Source: Octopus bimaculoides
Taxonomy: Eukaryota
Direction of reading: 5' to 3'
Length of the DNA stretch: 32,841 nucleotides
NCBI RefSeq assembly: GCF_001194135.2
Contig: NC_068995.1
Span: forward strand, 24,415,423 to 24,448,263
The notes under the pieces were generated by a model. The model searched no databases. It was not told where the DNA came from and was given only the letters and a program-made list of their open reading frames with translations. The translations under genes and the position numbers were made by a program. Below, in pieces: positions 1 through 11,471 of the stretch. Within the stretch, counting starts at the first letter, position 1. Each line of letters starts with the position of its first letter.

Positions 1-3
1 CCC

Positions 4-47
<44 letters not shown>
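1..47. repeat. Poly-C / (CT)n microsatellite
   Basis: Read directly from the sequence. Confidence 0.95.
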
Positions 48-49
<2 letters not shown>

Positions 50-1373
50 CTTTCTCTCTATCTGTCTTTATTCATCTCTATCTATTTCTTGCTGTCACTC
101 TATTTATTCGTTCCTTTCTTTTTCTGTCTTTTGGTGCCCACCTCTCACCACCATCCCCACAGACATCACCACTCCATTAAAATACTCCAAATGAAGCAAT
201 GTCACGTAGAGATTGCGTCCATTTGATTACACTATGTTCTGCCTGTGCGCATGTCCTAATAAACTGTGCAGTGGCTTGTGACAATGAATTCCACAGATTA
301 ATGTCTAGTTAGCAATTTCATTGTATTACAAACTCTCGACAATTTACACATTAACAACAGACAAGTCAATTATGTTAGAGTTTCGTTGAAGAACTTGGAT
401 TTAATCAGCTTACTCGCTTCTTCAAGTCCGATCTTCTACAAATTATTCTAACTGCCGCTGATTATTCCTCTTCTTGCAAGACATGTAATTGGTTCTTATG
501 AAGTTTCTTTCATTAATCAATAAGAATTGTTCAGCTGTTTGTCTATTTATGATTGCTTAGTTTACTAAATTGTAAATTGTCTCTTTACGAGTGTTTACTG
601 ATCAACAACAACAGTAACAACAACATCAACAACTTCAACTACAACTAAATACATAAGGAGCAAAGCAGAAGAATAAAAAGAAAAGGAAAATCTTGGCTAA
701 TTGGTAATTCTTATAGACACTGTTAGTGTCTGTAAAAGTATAATGCTCCTACCCCAATTAGCTGTCAAATTTGACGCTCCTATTAGTTGAGGAAGTGGAG
801 TTGATGTCAGAAGTTACCCAAGAACAAAAGTTCCAGCCCATCCGGTTTTAATCTCGCCAAATACAGAAACAGATGTAAGTGAATCATTATAAAATTAAGA
901 AACTTACCTACCCTGAAGGAATGAAGGAAACATAACAAACAAATAACACTTATAGTGTGAATTTCTTTCTACTAGAAAAGAGGAATATTTTTGTCGGGTC
1001 AGTGTTAAAGGGAAGAAAGAAAATCAAGTCAGAAAAAGCGTCGAGGAAAACGTTACAAGAAAAATGTCTCACTCCATTTAAACACCTTAAACAGTACTTA
1101 AAGTAATTAAACAAATAATGTTTTCAGTCGCTCATTAACTGACAAGTCAAGAACTTGCTTTATTTAATATCTGAAATAAAACAATGAAACAAAAGAAAAA
1201 CAGTAAATCGGTCAATTTATTGAAATTTTCACATCTTGTTTTCTGTGAATATTTTTTTCTGTAATTTTTTCAGTGACTTTCGTCCAGGATTCATAAATCA
1301 ACCCCATTATATTCCAGAATGTATTCTAAATAATGTGAGAGTCTCTAGAAATACTAACCAGATCTCTCTAAAA

Positions 1374-1440
1374 CAGGGGTGGGGAAAACCCCGCCCGCGG
1401 GCACAACTGCGCCCGCGAACCCATTTTATTGCGCCCATTG
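1374..1440 (+). mobile_element. Probable left end of a hAT (Charlie-like) non-autonomous element
   Basis: GC-rich CAGGGGTGGGGAAAACCCCGCCCGCGGGC start, preceded by CTCTAAAA (1366-1373), which fits the NTCTARAN 8-bp target consensus of hAT-Charlie elements. Right TIR and TSD not convincingly found before the gap at 1672. Confidence 0.5.
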
Positions 1441-1671
1441 GCTGATATACTCGCATGTACAAAATATAGTAAATTTTTCAATTATAAGATTTTTACAATA
1501 TTCGTATGCCTATTTGCACAGGTCGTGTTTCCACCACGACTTAAAACGATCAATCTCGAACAGAAATCATCCGGTAATTGCCATTTGAATGGAAATTTTG
1601 TTTTCACTATAAAACACATACTGCTATGTTTGTACCACCCCCTTGAGACCCAACTACACTCTAGCTGAAAA

Positions 1672-2106
1672 NNNNNNNNNNNNNNNNNNNNNNNNNNNNN
1701 NNNNNNNNNNNNNNNNNNNNNNNNNNNNNNNNNNNNNNNNNNNNNNNNNNNNNNNNNNNNNNNNNNNNNNNNNNNNNNNNNNNNNNNNNNNNNNNNNNNN
1801 NNNNNNNNNNNNNNNNNNNNNNNNNNNNNNNNNNNNNNNNNNNNNNNNNNNNNNNNNNNNNNNNNNNNNNNNNNNNNNNNNNNNNNNNNNNNNNNNNNNN
1901 NNNNNNNNNNNNNNNNNNNNNNNNNNNNNNNNNNNNNNNNNNNNNNNNNNNNNNNNNNNNNNNNNNNNNNNNNNNNNNNNNNNNNNNNNNNNNNNNNNNN
2001 NNNNNNNNNNNNNNNNNNNNNNNNNNNNNNNNNNNNNNNNNNNNNNNNNNNNNNNNNNNNNNNNNNNNNNNNNNNNNNNNNNNNNNNNNNNNNNNNNNNN
2101 NNNNNA
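1672..2106. other. Assembly gap (N run)
   Basis: 435 N. Confidence 1.
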
Positions 2107-2246
2107 GCTAACCTTAAACTGAAATCAGAGCGTAGTCGAGAGTAAATGAAATTTTTAATCCCAAGTTTTACCCGTTATTCCAGCCTGTAGCTCTTTATTT
2201 TTTTTATAATGATTTTAAAATCTTACTATACCGAAGTAGATTTTGC

Positions 2247-2476
2247 GGAATCCTTTCTGTTTGGCTGCCACTTTTCAATTTGTTCAATTTTTATTCCAAT
2301 TGATTTCATATTTGGTGTAATGAGGTGATTTGGTATGGTAATCATTGACATGAAAATCATTTTCAACATGAATCAATAAATAAAGAGTTAAAAGCTCTTA
2401 AATTTTGCAAATTTGGGGTAATTTTAGGTCATCGAAAGCCACAGACGTACAGGAGCCTGTTTCCATAGTTGTTAGA
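2247..2476 (-). mobile_element. Truncated copy of the MITE family at 4010-4519, opposite orientation
   Basis: Reverse complement aligns by eye to about 4325-4520 (shared CTTTATTTATTGATT, CATTACACCAAATATGAAAT, AATGATTACCAT) and begins with the terminal motif GGAATCCTTTCTGTTTGGCTGC. Confidence 0.75.
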
Positions 2477-2739
2477 GTGGTATCTTGCCTCCGGATATCA
2501 CTGGGCACTGGATCGACCTAAATAAATAATTACACTCTACCTTAATATTCATCCCGCTCGTCACCATCAAGGATATATATTAATGTGTTCTACTTGTTAA
2601 AATTCCATTTGTTTACTTGCACAGCTGGAGATGGCACCGCATTTAAATTGATGTAATGATTGCATTGTTCAATTAAATGGAGCCGCTTGAAACAGTAGTA
2701 CTGCAACACTACTTGATACCCTGTTGCTTATTTTGATTT

Positions 2740-2744
<5 letters not shown>

Positions 2745-2820
<76 letters not shown>
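2745..2820. repeat. (TG)n microsatellite
   Basis: Read directly from the sequence. Confidence 0.95.
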
Positions 2821-2822
<2 letters not shown>

Positions 2823-2921
2823 TTTTTGTTTTCTTTTTATTTATATATCGTAACTCCCCTTTAATATATTTTAATATTCAAATATTTGATTAATAACAAA
2901 GGTATAAATCTCATTAATAAT

Positions 2922-2956
<35 letters not shown>

Positions 2957-4009
2957 TATACATCCACACACACACATATATATACACTTGTATTTCACGC
3001 GCTATACAAACTGAAATAAATTCTTACTTATTGCTATAATTCCAAAGGTGCTCCAGATAGCCAGTTCGGTGAATCTGTGAAACTGTCGACATTTCAACAT
3101 CTACAGTTCAGCTAATAACATTAACTTGTTACTGTTACAATCTCATTATTTAAGTTTTTCATGTTATGGCTTCACTAACTCGAGTTAACAACACTATTAT
3201 CATAAATTTACTTTCAATCTAAATGATGATTCTACCGAACAAAGGCTGTGTCTCTATAATCTCAATCCTATCATTAATACTTTACCTTAATTATATACTC
3301 TTGTAATTATATACTCTTGAAATTTAAATCTAGTGAGCCTGATCCGTAAGTTTCCATGTTCAGTAATATAAACTAAGAAAAAAAAATTAAAGCAATCGAT
3401 ATTTTAAATTATATTCATATTTAAGTATATTGTGTTTAGATATTAAAGCATGTTATGGAAGTGGAGTAGTTGAAATGTGTTGGAGTGGAAGAAACAATTA
3501 TATGACGGACCAAATATTGCTTAATGTTCAATTCCACCCCATTTTATCCTCAGTTGAAATCTCACATGAACCAATTTTATTATTCCATTGTCATTCATCA
3601 AATAGCAATTAGATGTGTACTGAGGTCGACTGAGTTCGGCGCCCATACGTACTTCGCTATGGTTTCCTGATAATGTCGCAATTTGCAGAATCATTAATAA
3701 TGTCTTATGTCTTTATACGGAAGAGTAATAGTCAATTGAATCGATATGCACAATATCACGAATAAAACGTCGATCTCCATCACTCACATCAGAAGAGATG
3801 CATCATTCATGTGAACAGTATAGTTAACTTGGTTTCAGTTACAGCATCTAAAATTTTAAAATTCATTTATACCCCTAAAATATGCAATACATTATTTTTA
3901 CAGAAAAAAACGTATTGCTTTATGAATAAAGGTGGAGAATAGATCTATGCCAAGTATATCATATAACATAAAGTAGATAAGGTATTCCAATATAGGCAGG
4001 GCAAAATCA

Positions 4010-4519
4010 GATCTTTTCTGTTTGGCTGCACCTATGAAAATTTTAAAGTTTAGTGAGAATTTGAAAATTTGGTGTATTTTTCCACGCTTAATCTCAGGGG
4101 CTAATTCACATTTTCCAGAAAAAATGTTTAAAAATCAGTTACAGAGGTTTAAAGCTTGATCATTTTTACCCAGTCAGAAAACGGGACTTGGGAGTTGTCA
4201 TTTTGTGCGTAACTGCACGTGTTGTCAACTGTAAACAAATGACCATCTCATATCTCATGTGTTTTAAGCATTTAGTAAGCTAAAAATGACATGTGGGTAA
4301 AAATTTTGGTAACAGCTTGGCTTGTTACTATGAAAACAGGCACCTATATGTCTGTAGCTTTCTACCCCAAATTTTCAAACTTTAAATGTTATTAATTCTT
4401 TATTTATTGATTTATGGCGAAAATTAATTTCATTCCAATGATTACCATTCCAATGATTACCACTTCATCATTACACCAAATATGAAATTGAAGAAATTGA
4501 TAACTGAACAGAAAAGATC
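4010..4519 (+). mobile_element. About 510-bp MITE-like element with 13-bp perfect TIRs
   Basis: GATCTTTTCTGTT (4010-4022) and AACAGAAAAGATC (4507-4519) are exact reverse complements. Non-coding interior, internal 15-bp tandem duplication at 4431-4460, second copy at 2247-2476. Superfamily unassigned. Confidence 0.75.
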
Positions 4520-4600
4520 CGAAAACTGGACACGAAACAATTCGTTAGATATATATCATTTTGCTTAAATTACCATCCGGTTTTGCCGGATCCAGCACAA

Positions 4601-4602
<2 letters not shown>

Positions 4603-4641
<39 letters not shown>

Positions 4642-4652
4642 NNNNNNNNNNA

Positions 4653-4684
<32 letters not shown>

Positions 4685-4778
4685 TACTCTCTACCCACAA
4701 ATGTATATATTTGCGTGTCAGTAATAAGTTTGTGTGTGCATACGTATGTATGTATGTATGTATGTATGTATGTATGTA
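4603..4778. repeat. (CA)n array with 10-N gap (4642-4651) and (TATG)n array
   Basis: Read directly from the sequence. Confidence 0.9.
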
Positions 4779-5929
4779 CGTGAGAGTATATATGTTGTTT
4801 TACATCCTCCAATACGTTGGTCTGAGAGGTTTTCACCTTTCAATAACATTTTGTTCGAAGAATGATTCCATTTGTTTTATTTAAAAGTAAGGAGAGGTAT
4901 TGCTAAAACGCTTGTGGATTTATTTTGATAAACATGATGGTAATGGGTTTATGAGAGTCATTAATGAGTTTTGTTGAATTTCATCATTTGCTTGGTGCTA
5001 ATGGGTTTGCTAAATTTAGATTTGACTTTGTTAATTCTGCTGCTACAATCCATTGTGTTAGCTATCTCCACTCTTAATTTCTTGACTGGCGTTGAATAGA
5101 TTCTCAGAACGTTCATCAAATAATAGTAGGTATAGTAACACAGAATCCTGAATCTAAACACTGGAATTATCACACCAAACATCAGTACGATACTTGTAGC
5201 GAATTATGTGAAAAACAAGTAATAATTTATTCTGATAACGATCGAACTTTTCTTAATCTAAATATTCACAACATTCATAAAACATTTATTTAAAAATCAA
5301 TTAATACTGAGCTTTTATTTAATTAACATGAATTAATAGCTTTTCGTCGCGGTTTTAGCAACTATTGTTCACATAAAAATTATTGATTTCTTACGAAGTC
5401 AAAGGAATTGTGATCTACGTCAGATGAAATGAGGTTGAATGACATACGTGCCTTTCTTAAAATTATTAGGAGTATAAATGAATTTTAAAATGTTCGAAGC
5501 GGTAGCTGAAACAGAGTTAAATTTCCTGTTCATATGAATAATACATCTACTTTGAGGTGAATGATAGGGGGTATAGTTGACTTTATAAATTTTCTCACCT
5601 TTACCGAAACTACTTGAAAGTTAAATCGTTTTCATGCTTTCTTTCGAGAGGTGCATTTCCATTTTGAATAAGGGGTCTACTTGACCTGTTCCTTCCTTTG
5701 TGTATTTTTGCACTATGGAGTACAAAATTGTTCATTTTCTTTAGATATTTAAGATGATGCGGATCGTTGATGGATCCTTTCCGCTTTTGTGTAATCTCAA
5801 TGATAAGTACCAATATTTTGCATTGTTAATATGACGACATCTTGATAGGCCATCATTTTCGTTTGAGGGATTATTTCTTCCTTCTTAAAGATTGATTTTG
5901 CCTGTTTTCTACTTACTAAATTATCTAAT

Positions 5930-6000
5930 CCACATACTTTTCGGAATTTTGTGCTCCACACTTTTCGGAATTATGTGCTCCACACTTTTCGGAATTACAT
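5930..6000 (+). repeat. Minisatellite, about 3 copies of a 24-bp unit
   Basis: CCACACTTTTCGGAATTATGTGCT-like units at 5930, 5956 and 5980. Confidence 0.9.
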
Positions 6001-6614
6001 CTATTAGAAATATTTCCAAGTTAGTTAAAGAAGTAATCAACCCTTTTGGGAGATGTATCAAAGATATTGGTTCTTTGGTTTTCTACATATTCACAGAGAA
6101 GCCAAAATGATCATATCCACTGGTGAATTTATTGACTGATTGAATGAGTTCTCAATACGTGTAACAGAGTTTAGCTTTGACATCTATATATTAAAAAGAT
6201 CTAAGATACCTTAGATGTTAGTGAGTCGATGAAATCGAACTCTGACAATGTTAAATATTCCTTTATCCAAATAATATCTGAATTGTCTGGAGGAGGCGTA
6301 AAAATAATTAAAGACAAGTATAAGAAGAGTGGAGATGCAAGAACGCAAACCGGCTTCAATCCTCCTGTAATCTGAAACAGTTCAGAAAGTTCGTTTCAAT
6401 GAAAAATACATGACAAATTGTCATTCAATGCTTGAACCAGTAAGATGAAGAGGTCAGGGTAGACTACACTACTTCAAGCTACATAGCAACACGTGGTACT
6501 GTCAAAAGCCATTTTCCTAGATTATAAACTATAAGAAAGAATGGTCTCTGTTGTTCTCAGTTTTTCGCTTGCGGTTGTTTCTTACCCAGAACAGTCATAG
6601 TGACGGTGTGACTA

Positions 6615-6983
6615 GAAGCCCAGTTCACAATGCGCATGTTGCCCAGGTGAAAGCACACTCTTGCGGCTATGAAATCACTTCCTCATTCCCCTTTTTCTCC
6701 GACCTCCCACCATCTGACTTCCACCTCTTTCCAGTCATGAAGTCTTTTTTGAAGGGGAAGCACTTTTTGGATGATGATGAACTTATTTCCGAGGTAAAGT
6801 CTTGGCTCCAGACGCAACCTACCGACTTCTACACACGAAGTCTTCACAGCTGCATAAAGCGATGGGAGAAGTGTATCACCATTGGTGGTTGCTATGTAGA
6901 GAAGGACTAATAATTATGCTAAGTTTCATTTATCCCAGTCCTTGGGAAGTGGATCAGGGGAAAACTTTATTGAACACCCCTCG
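6615..6983 (+). mobile_element. Mariner (DD34D-type) transposase C-terminal remnant with 3' TIR
   Basis: ORF 6551-6910 encodes SPVHNAHVAQ...SDLPPSDFHLFPVMKSFLKGKHFLDDDELISEVKSWL...FY...KRWEKCITIGGCYVEKD, a decayed (Y)SPDLAPSDFHLF mariner C-terminus. TIR-like AAAACTTTATTGAACACCCCTCG at 6961-6983. 5' end not identified. Confidence 0.9.
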
Positions 6984-7204
6984 AACATTCAATCCATAGC
7001 TATGTATAACTGTGTGTACGTGTGTGTGTGCTAGCGCATATATATAGACATATACTAGTCGTTGATCGGGTAATTACTTTTACTCTTTCTTGGGAGTCAC
7101 ACTCAAAGTGTTATTATATATATAGATTTACTCCTCCTGTATGTGTGTATTTTATAAGAAAAAAAAAACATGTAATAATTGAAGTAGAAAAAAGATCAAT
7201 GATA

Positions 7205-7324
7205 AGGCTTTGATCGGCACGGAGCTGTAATGAAAGAGAATTGTCCAATTTGCGGCACAGTAGGACTGAACTCAAGGCGACATGGTTAGAAAGCAAGCTT
7301 CTCAACCACATAACCACGCCTATA
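7205..7324 (-). mobile_element. tRNA-derived SINE, family A, 5' fragment
   Basis: Reverse complement TAGGCGTGGTTATGTGGTTGAGAAGCTTGCTTTCTAACCA...GAGTTCAGTCCTACTG matches the head of the copies at 22281 and 17658-17962. Confidence 0.8.
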
Positions 7325-7452
7325 AAAGAGAGATACATTTTGGATAATATACTCTTTGATACAATATGCATAACAAAAAGATGGGATGTTTACGGTGAGA
7401 TCTTTGATTTTAATATTTGTTTGAGCAACACAACTAACAACACTACACCATA

Positions 7453-7932
7453 CAGAGTGTTCCAAAATTAACTGTTTCAGTGAAATTGCGCAAATATTTG
7501 AAAAACTGACAGAATTTTTATGTTTATTGCCAAAACAAATAGATTCATAAATCTTACGTCAAACTTTCATTGAAAATTTCTAACATGTCTGTATCCCTGC
7601 ATACTTCCAATCTCTGCCTAGCGTTGTGAAACACGTTTTGAAGCATTTCAGGAGTTAGCTCCTGCACTGCTAACTGAATGTGCTCTTTAAGCTCAGCTAA
7701 ACGATTGCTCTATCTTCGAGATGGAGGTAAAGAAAATGATTGCTGCCAAATTGAAAAAAAGCTATCATGGACAAATAAGAGGGGTCCAACAGGAACGAAA
7801 ATAAAATTATAAACAAAATTCAAAATTTATACACTGTTAGCACATACTGAACATGATAAACATGAATAAAAGTGAGTTTTAAAAAAATTCATCCGATTTC
7901 ACTCAAATCATCATTAATTCTGGGACACCCTG
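7453..7932 (-). mobile_element. Internally deleted Tc1/mariner element
   Basis: TIRs CAGAGTGTTCCAAAATTAA and TTAATTCTGGGACACCCTG (16/19 match), TA on both flanks (7451-52, 7933-34). Minus strand about 7703-7587 reads RLAELKEHIQLAVQELTPEMLQNVFHNARQRLEVCRDTD, a transposase C-terminus. Confidence 0.88.
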
Positions 7933-8409
7933 TATTTACTCGTTCAACTAAACGGGGGAGGGAACACGGGGGGAGGACTAGTTGCAAATAGTGAGCGTAG
8001 CTTCCGAAAGTGGTCACGCGGTCAAACTCAAATGGCTGTGAGTCACAACAGCAGTTTGTTCTTTTGTATGAACATTTAACATTATATAGTTCCGACATGG
8101 ATAACATAGAAAACACATGCTGCCGAGCAATGCTGTGTTGCGCAGGTTTGGAAACGTGAAACATCAACAGGGAACTTCTGGAGGATGGATGAATGGGTTT
8201 GTTGTGCCTTTACCCAGGTGCATACACACGCACATGGCCAGGTGGTGCGCGGGATGGTAACATGAAGCATCAACAGGGCGCCGACAAAGATTTTAATGCT
8301 CTTCTCATTTCTTCTGCCAAATTGGACAAAAAGGTTTTCATGAAATATTATACGCTACTTATAATGCCTAAGTAGTGCCAGCATTTTATCGTCAGAAAAT
8401 GGTCTAAAA

Positions 8410-8800
8410 CAAATCTCCTCCAGGCACTTGATGTAGGCGTCTGTGTTGAGTCTGAGGCAGTGAGGAAAGATGAATGGAGGCATAACGTCGCCATCACTAG
8501 TGATCACTCAAAACACCATAATGTTAACTGGATATTTGATTTTTATCACTCTCGGTACATGTCCTCAGATTGACACCCAGACACTATGAAATGTTCGTAT
8601 GGAGCTTCCAGCGCGAGTGCCCAGCAGTACAGCATGTCGTTTCCAAATTTCTGGCAGAGTGAATTGCGTCATGGTACTGTTTCTCTCACAGACGGTGCCC
8701 AACAGACCCTACTATACAGTGTAGTCGACAAAATCAAAAACAAACAATGCGCATGCGCGAAATACAAAATATGAAATGGTGACAATTTACCCATCGCACC
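8410..8800 (-). mobile_element. Internally deleted maT/DD37D-like Tc1/mariner transposase
   Basis: Minus strand from ATG at 8672 reads MTQFTLPEIWKRHAVLLG, then after a junction near 8560 HVPRVIKIKYPVNIMVF*VITSDGDVMPPFIFPHCLRLNTDAYIKCLEEI. TIR-like GACAATTTACCCATCGCACC ends at 8800. Family assignment is by resemblance; the catalytic triad is not readable. Confidence 0.85.
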
Positions 8801-8822
8801 ATATATATATATATATTTATAT

Positions 8823-9344
8823 NNNNNNNNNNNNNNNNNNNNNNNNNNNNNNNNNNNNNNNNNNNNNNNNNNNNNNNNNNNNNNNNNNNNNNNNNNNNNN
8901 NNNNNNNNNNNNNNNNNNNNNNNNNNNNNNNNNNNNNNNNNNNNNNNNNNNNNNNNNNNNNNNNNNNNNNNNNNNNNNNNNNNNNNNNNNNNNNNNNNNN
9001 NNNNNNNNNNNNNNNNNNNNNNNNNNNNNNNNNNNNNNNNNNNNNNNNNNNNNNNNNNNNNNNNNNNNNNNNNNNNNNNNNNNNNNNNNNNNNNNNNNNN
9101 NNNNNNNNNNNNNNNNNNNNNNNNNNNNNNNNNNNNNNNNNNNNNNNNNNNNNNNNNNNNNNNNNNNNNNNNNNNNNNNNNNNNNNNNNNNNNNNNNNNN
9201 NNNNNNNNNNNNNNNNNNNNNNNNNNNNNNNNNNNNNNNNNNNNNNNNNNNNNNNNNNNNNNNNNNNNNNNNNNNNNNNNNNNNNNNNNNNNNNNNNNNN
9301 NNNNNNNNNNNNNNNNNNNNNNNNNNNNNNNNNNNNNNNNNNNN
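8823..9344. other. Assembly gap flanked by (TA)n and (ATAC)n
   Basis: 522 N. Confidence 1.
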
Positions 9345-9369
9345 ATACATACATACATACATACATACA

Positions 9370-9400
<31 letters not shown>

Positions 9401-9756
9401 GCACGAACATACTGCACGAACATACTGCACACACATGCACGTGCTACATGCACACATTTACTACACACACACACACACACACACATTCACGTACTTACAA
9501 CAAATGTTACGAATAAAAGAACAGGCTCCAGAACAAATTAAGATATTGGCAAGAAACGAGTAAATAGATCACTGTCAGGAATAGTGGGTTACATTGAGAG
9601 AATTCCACATTAAAATATGACGTTTTGCTGTCGCTCCAATAAAAATACATTGCCTATTTAAATAGAACTGCCATTCATTCACAGTTCACCGTTTGTCATT
9701 TGATTGACAATATTCCTTTCTCGCCATTTCTTTCTTTATCTGTAAGTAAGTTTGTG

Positions 9757-9794
<38 letters not shown>

Positions 9795-9903
9795 NNNNNN
9801 NNNNNNNNNNNNNNNNNNNNNNNNNNNNNNNNNNNNNNNNNNNNNNNNNNNNNNNNNNNNNNNNNNNNNNNNNNNNNNNNNNNNNNNNNNNNNNNNNNNN
9901 NNN
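9795..9903. other. Assembly gap within (TA)n
   Basis: 109 N. Confidence 1.
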
Positions 9904-10334
9904 ATATACGCACGTATAGTAATAAATGTGTGTATATGTGTGTGTATATGTGTGTGTAAATGTATATACATTTACATACATATATACACGCACACGCACT
10001 TAATGGATTAACAAGACAACCAATGGTTTCATGAGGAAACAATCTCCACAATTTCAAACGATATATTTGAGAATGCTGGCAATCGTCTCCATTTTGGATG
10101 AGAATACATGAGATTACGCGGGACAATATGCGTTTCCAAATTACACAGATCAGAGGAAATCATTTATAAGAATTTCCTAATTGTTATTTCCCTTACATTG
10201 TATTTTTTTCAAGAAAGTGTTTCAGCATGTGCATATTATTATTTATGTGTCTTCCAGAACGTTCGTCAATATCGACACTTTTTCGGCCATCTTGAAAACG
10301 TCTGAACTACTCGGACACTTGTTTGCGGCTCATA

Positions 10335-10626
10335 CGTGGTCTGATCAATAAGTATCTGGACTGTTACTATACACTTTCTGCAACTTTGCGTAAGCCTCTG
10401 AGAAGGTATCGCCATAACAACTTTCTCTGACATGGTCAATGCTACGATCATACGCTACACGCGTTACTTCCAAGGACTGCTGTAAACAGGGGAAGTAAGC
10501 TAGAACATTAAAACTTTGTGCACATGCACAGCAGCGTTCAAGGTCAATCTTTGTTAAGAGGCTTTACTCTGCGTACTTTAGCTTCATTACTATGGCAATA
10601 GTCCAGATACTTATTGATTAGACTTC

Positions 10627-10627
<1 letters not shown>
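10335..10627 (-). mobile_element. 293-bp mariner-derived MITE (deletion derivative)
   Basis: TIRs CGTGGTCTGATCAATAAGTATCTGGACTGTTACTATA and the reverse complement of TATGGCAATAGTCCAGATACTTATTGATTAGACTTCG, TA on both flanks. Minus strand retains a transposase start (ATG at 10433, MSEKV) and GDTFSEAYAKLQKVY. Confidence 0.92.

Positions 10628-10697
<70 letters not shown>
10628..10697. repeat. (TA)n microsatellite starting at the MITE TA target site
   Basis: Read directly from the sequence. Confidence 0.95.
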
Positions 10698-10700
<3 letters not shown>

Positions 10701-10760
10701 GACACTTATGTGTGTGTATATATGTGTGTTCATAAATATATTCTTTTATTTTATTTTTTA

Positions 10761-10805
10761 TTTGTTTCAGTCATTTTACTGCGGCCATGTTGGAGCAACG
10801 CCTTA
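10761..10805 (-). mobile_element. SINE family A, 3' tail fragment
   Basis: TTTGTTTCAGTCATTTTACTGCGGCCATGTTGGAGCAACGCCTT is the reverse complement of the tail at about 22595-22640. Confidence 0.75.
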
Positions 10806-10926
10806 ATATATTTACGAATGTATGTAAATATGCATGCATAAATGCGCTGTAGCAGTGTAAAAGTTGCACACCACTTTCGCCTAGAAGTGAGTTTAAAAGA
10901 GTTTTCGCCATCGAAAAGCCAACCAG

Positions 10927-11031
10927 TTCACTTACCTAAGGTGCACCATCTCATCAGATGCCAACATAGTATGGAACAATAACCAACGGAAGAAAGGGGC
11001 CAAAATCAGCGTATACAGATCCGTCGTTCTC
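10927..11031 (+). mobile_element. RTE-clade LINE ORF fragment (C-terminal to RT)
   Basis: FTYLRCTISSDANI|VWNNNQRKKGAKISVYRSVVL resembles RTE FTYLG.TIS...VW...TKISVYRAVVL. Confidence 0.75.
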
Positions 11032-11471
11032 TGACCATCCTATAGCAGGAATATTCAGCAATCAAACCCGGATCACAATACCCGGTGTCAAAAAAACACA
11101 AATCAAGAATACAGACACGATTCGCTAGAATATTACGTACAGCATCAGAAAAAGTCTGACCAATCAAGACTTCACGTGGAACTAGCTCCAACAACAATGT
11201 CACCTTTGGCGTGCTTCTTTCTGGGCCAAGCATTCAGTGCATCTTAGCCATTGAACAGACGGCGAACAAAAAAATGACAGAAGGCGGACGAGAGACATCA
11301 GACCGTAAACAGAAGAGAGCAGCAGAACAGCAGCTAACTAGAGAACTGTGACAACACAAAAGCAATGGACAGACGAGGAGAGAGACACACAATATCCAGC
11401 TAACATTTTGACAGCTACTACTATCACACCACTCCAAGAATGATAATCTTCGAACAATCTGTGTTTTGTCG

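Noticed and set aside
1629-1666. Right TIR and TSD for the hAT end at 1374
   Set aside because: Only a loose TIR match, and the following bases do not reproduce CTCTAAAA.
4961-5182. 73-aa minus-strand ORF as a possible host exon
   Set aside because: No recognisable protein motif and no convincing splice-site pair.
5930-6000. CRISPR array
   Set aside because: Contiguous tandem units with no unique spacers, no cas genes, eukaryotic context.
7953-7977. G-quadruplex (GGGGGAGGGAACACGGGGGGAGG)
   Set aside because: Only three clear runs of three or more G; no supporting context.
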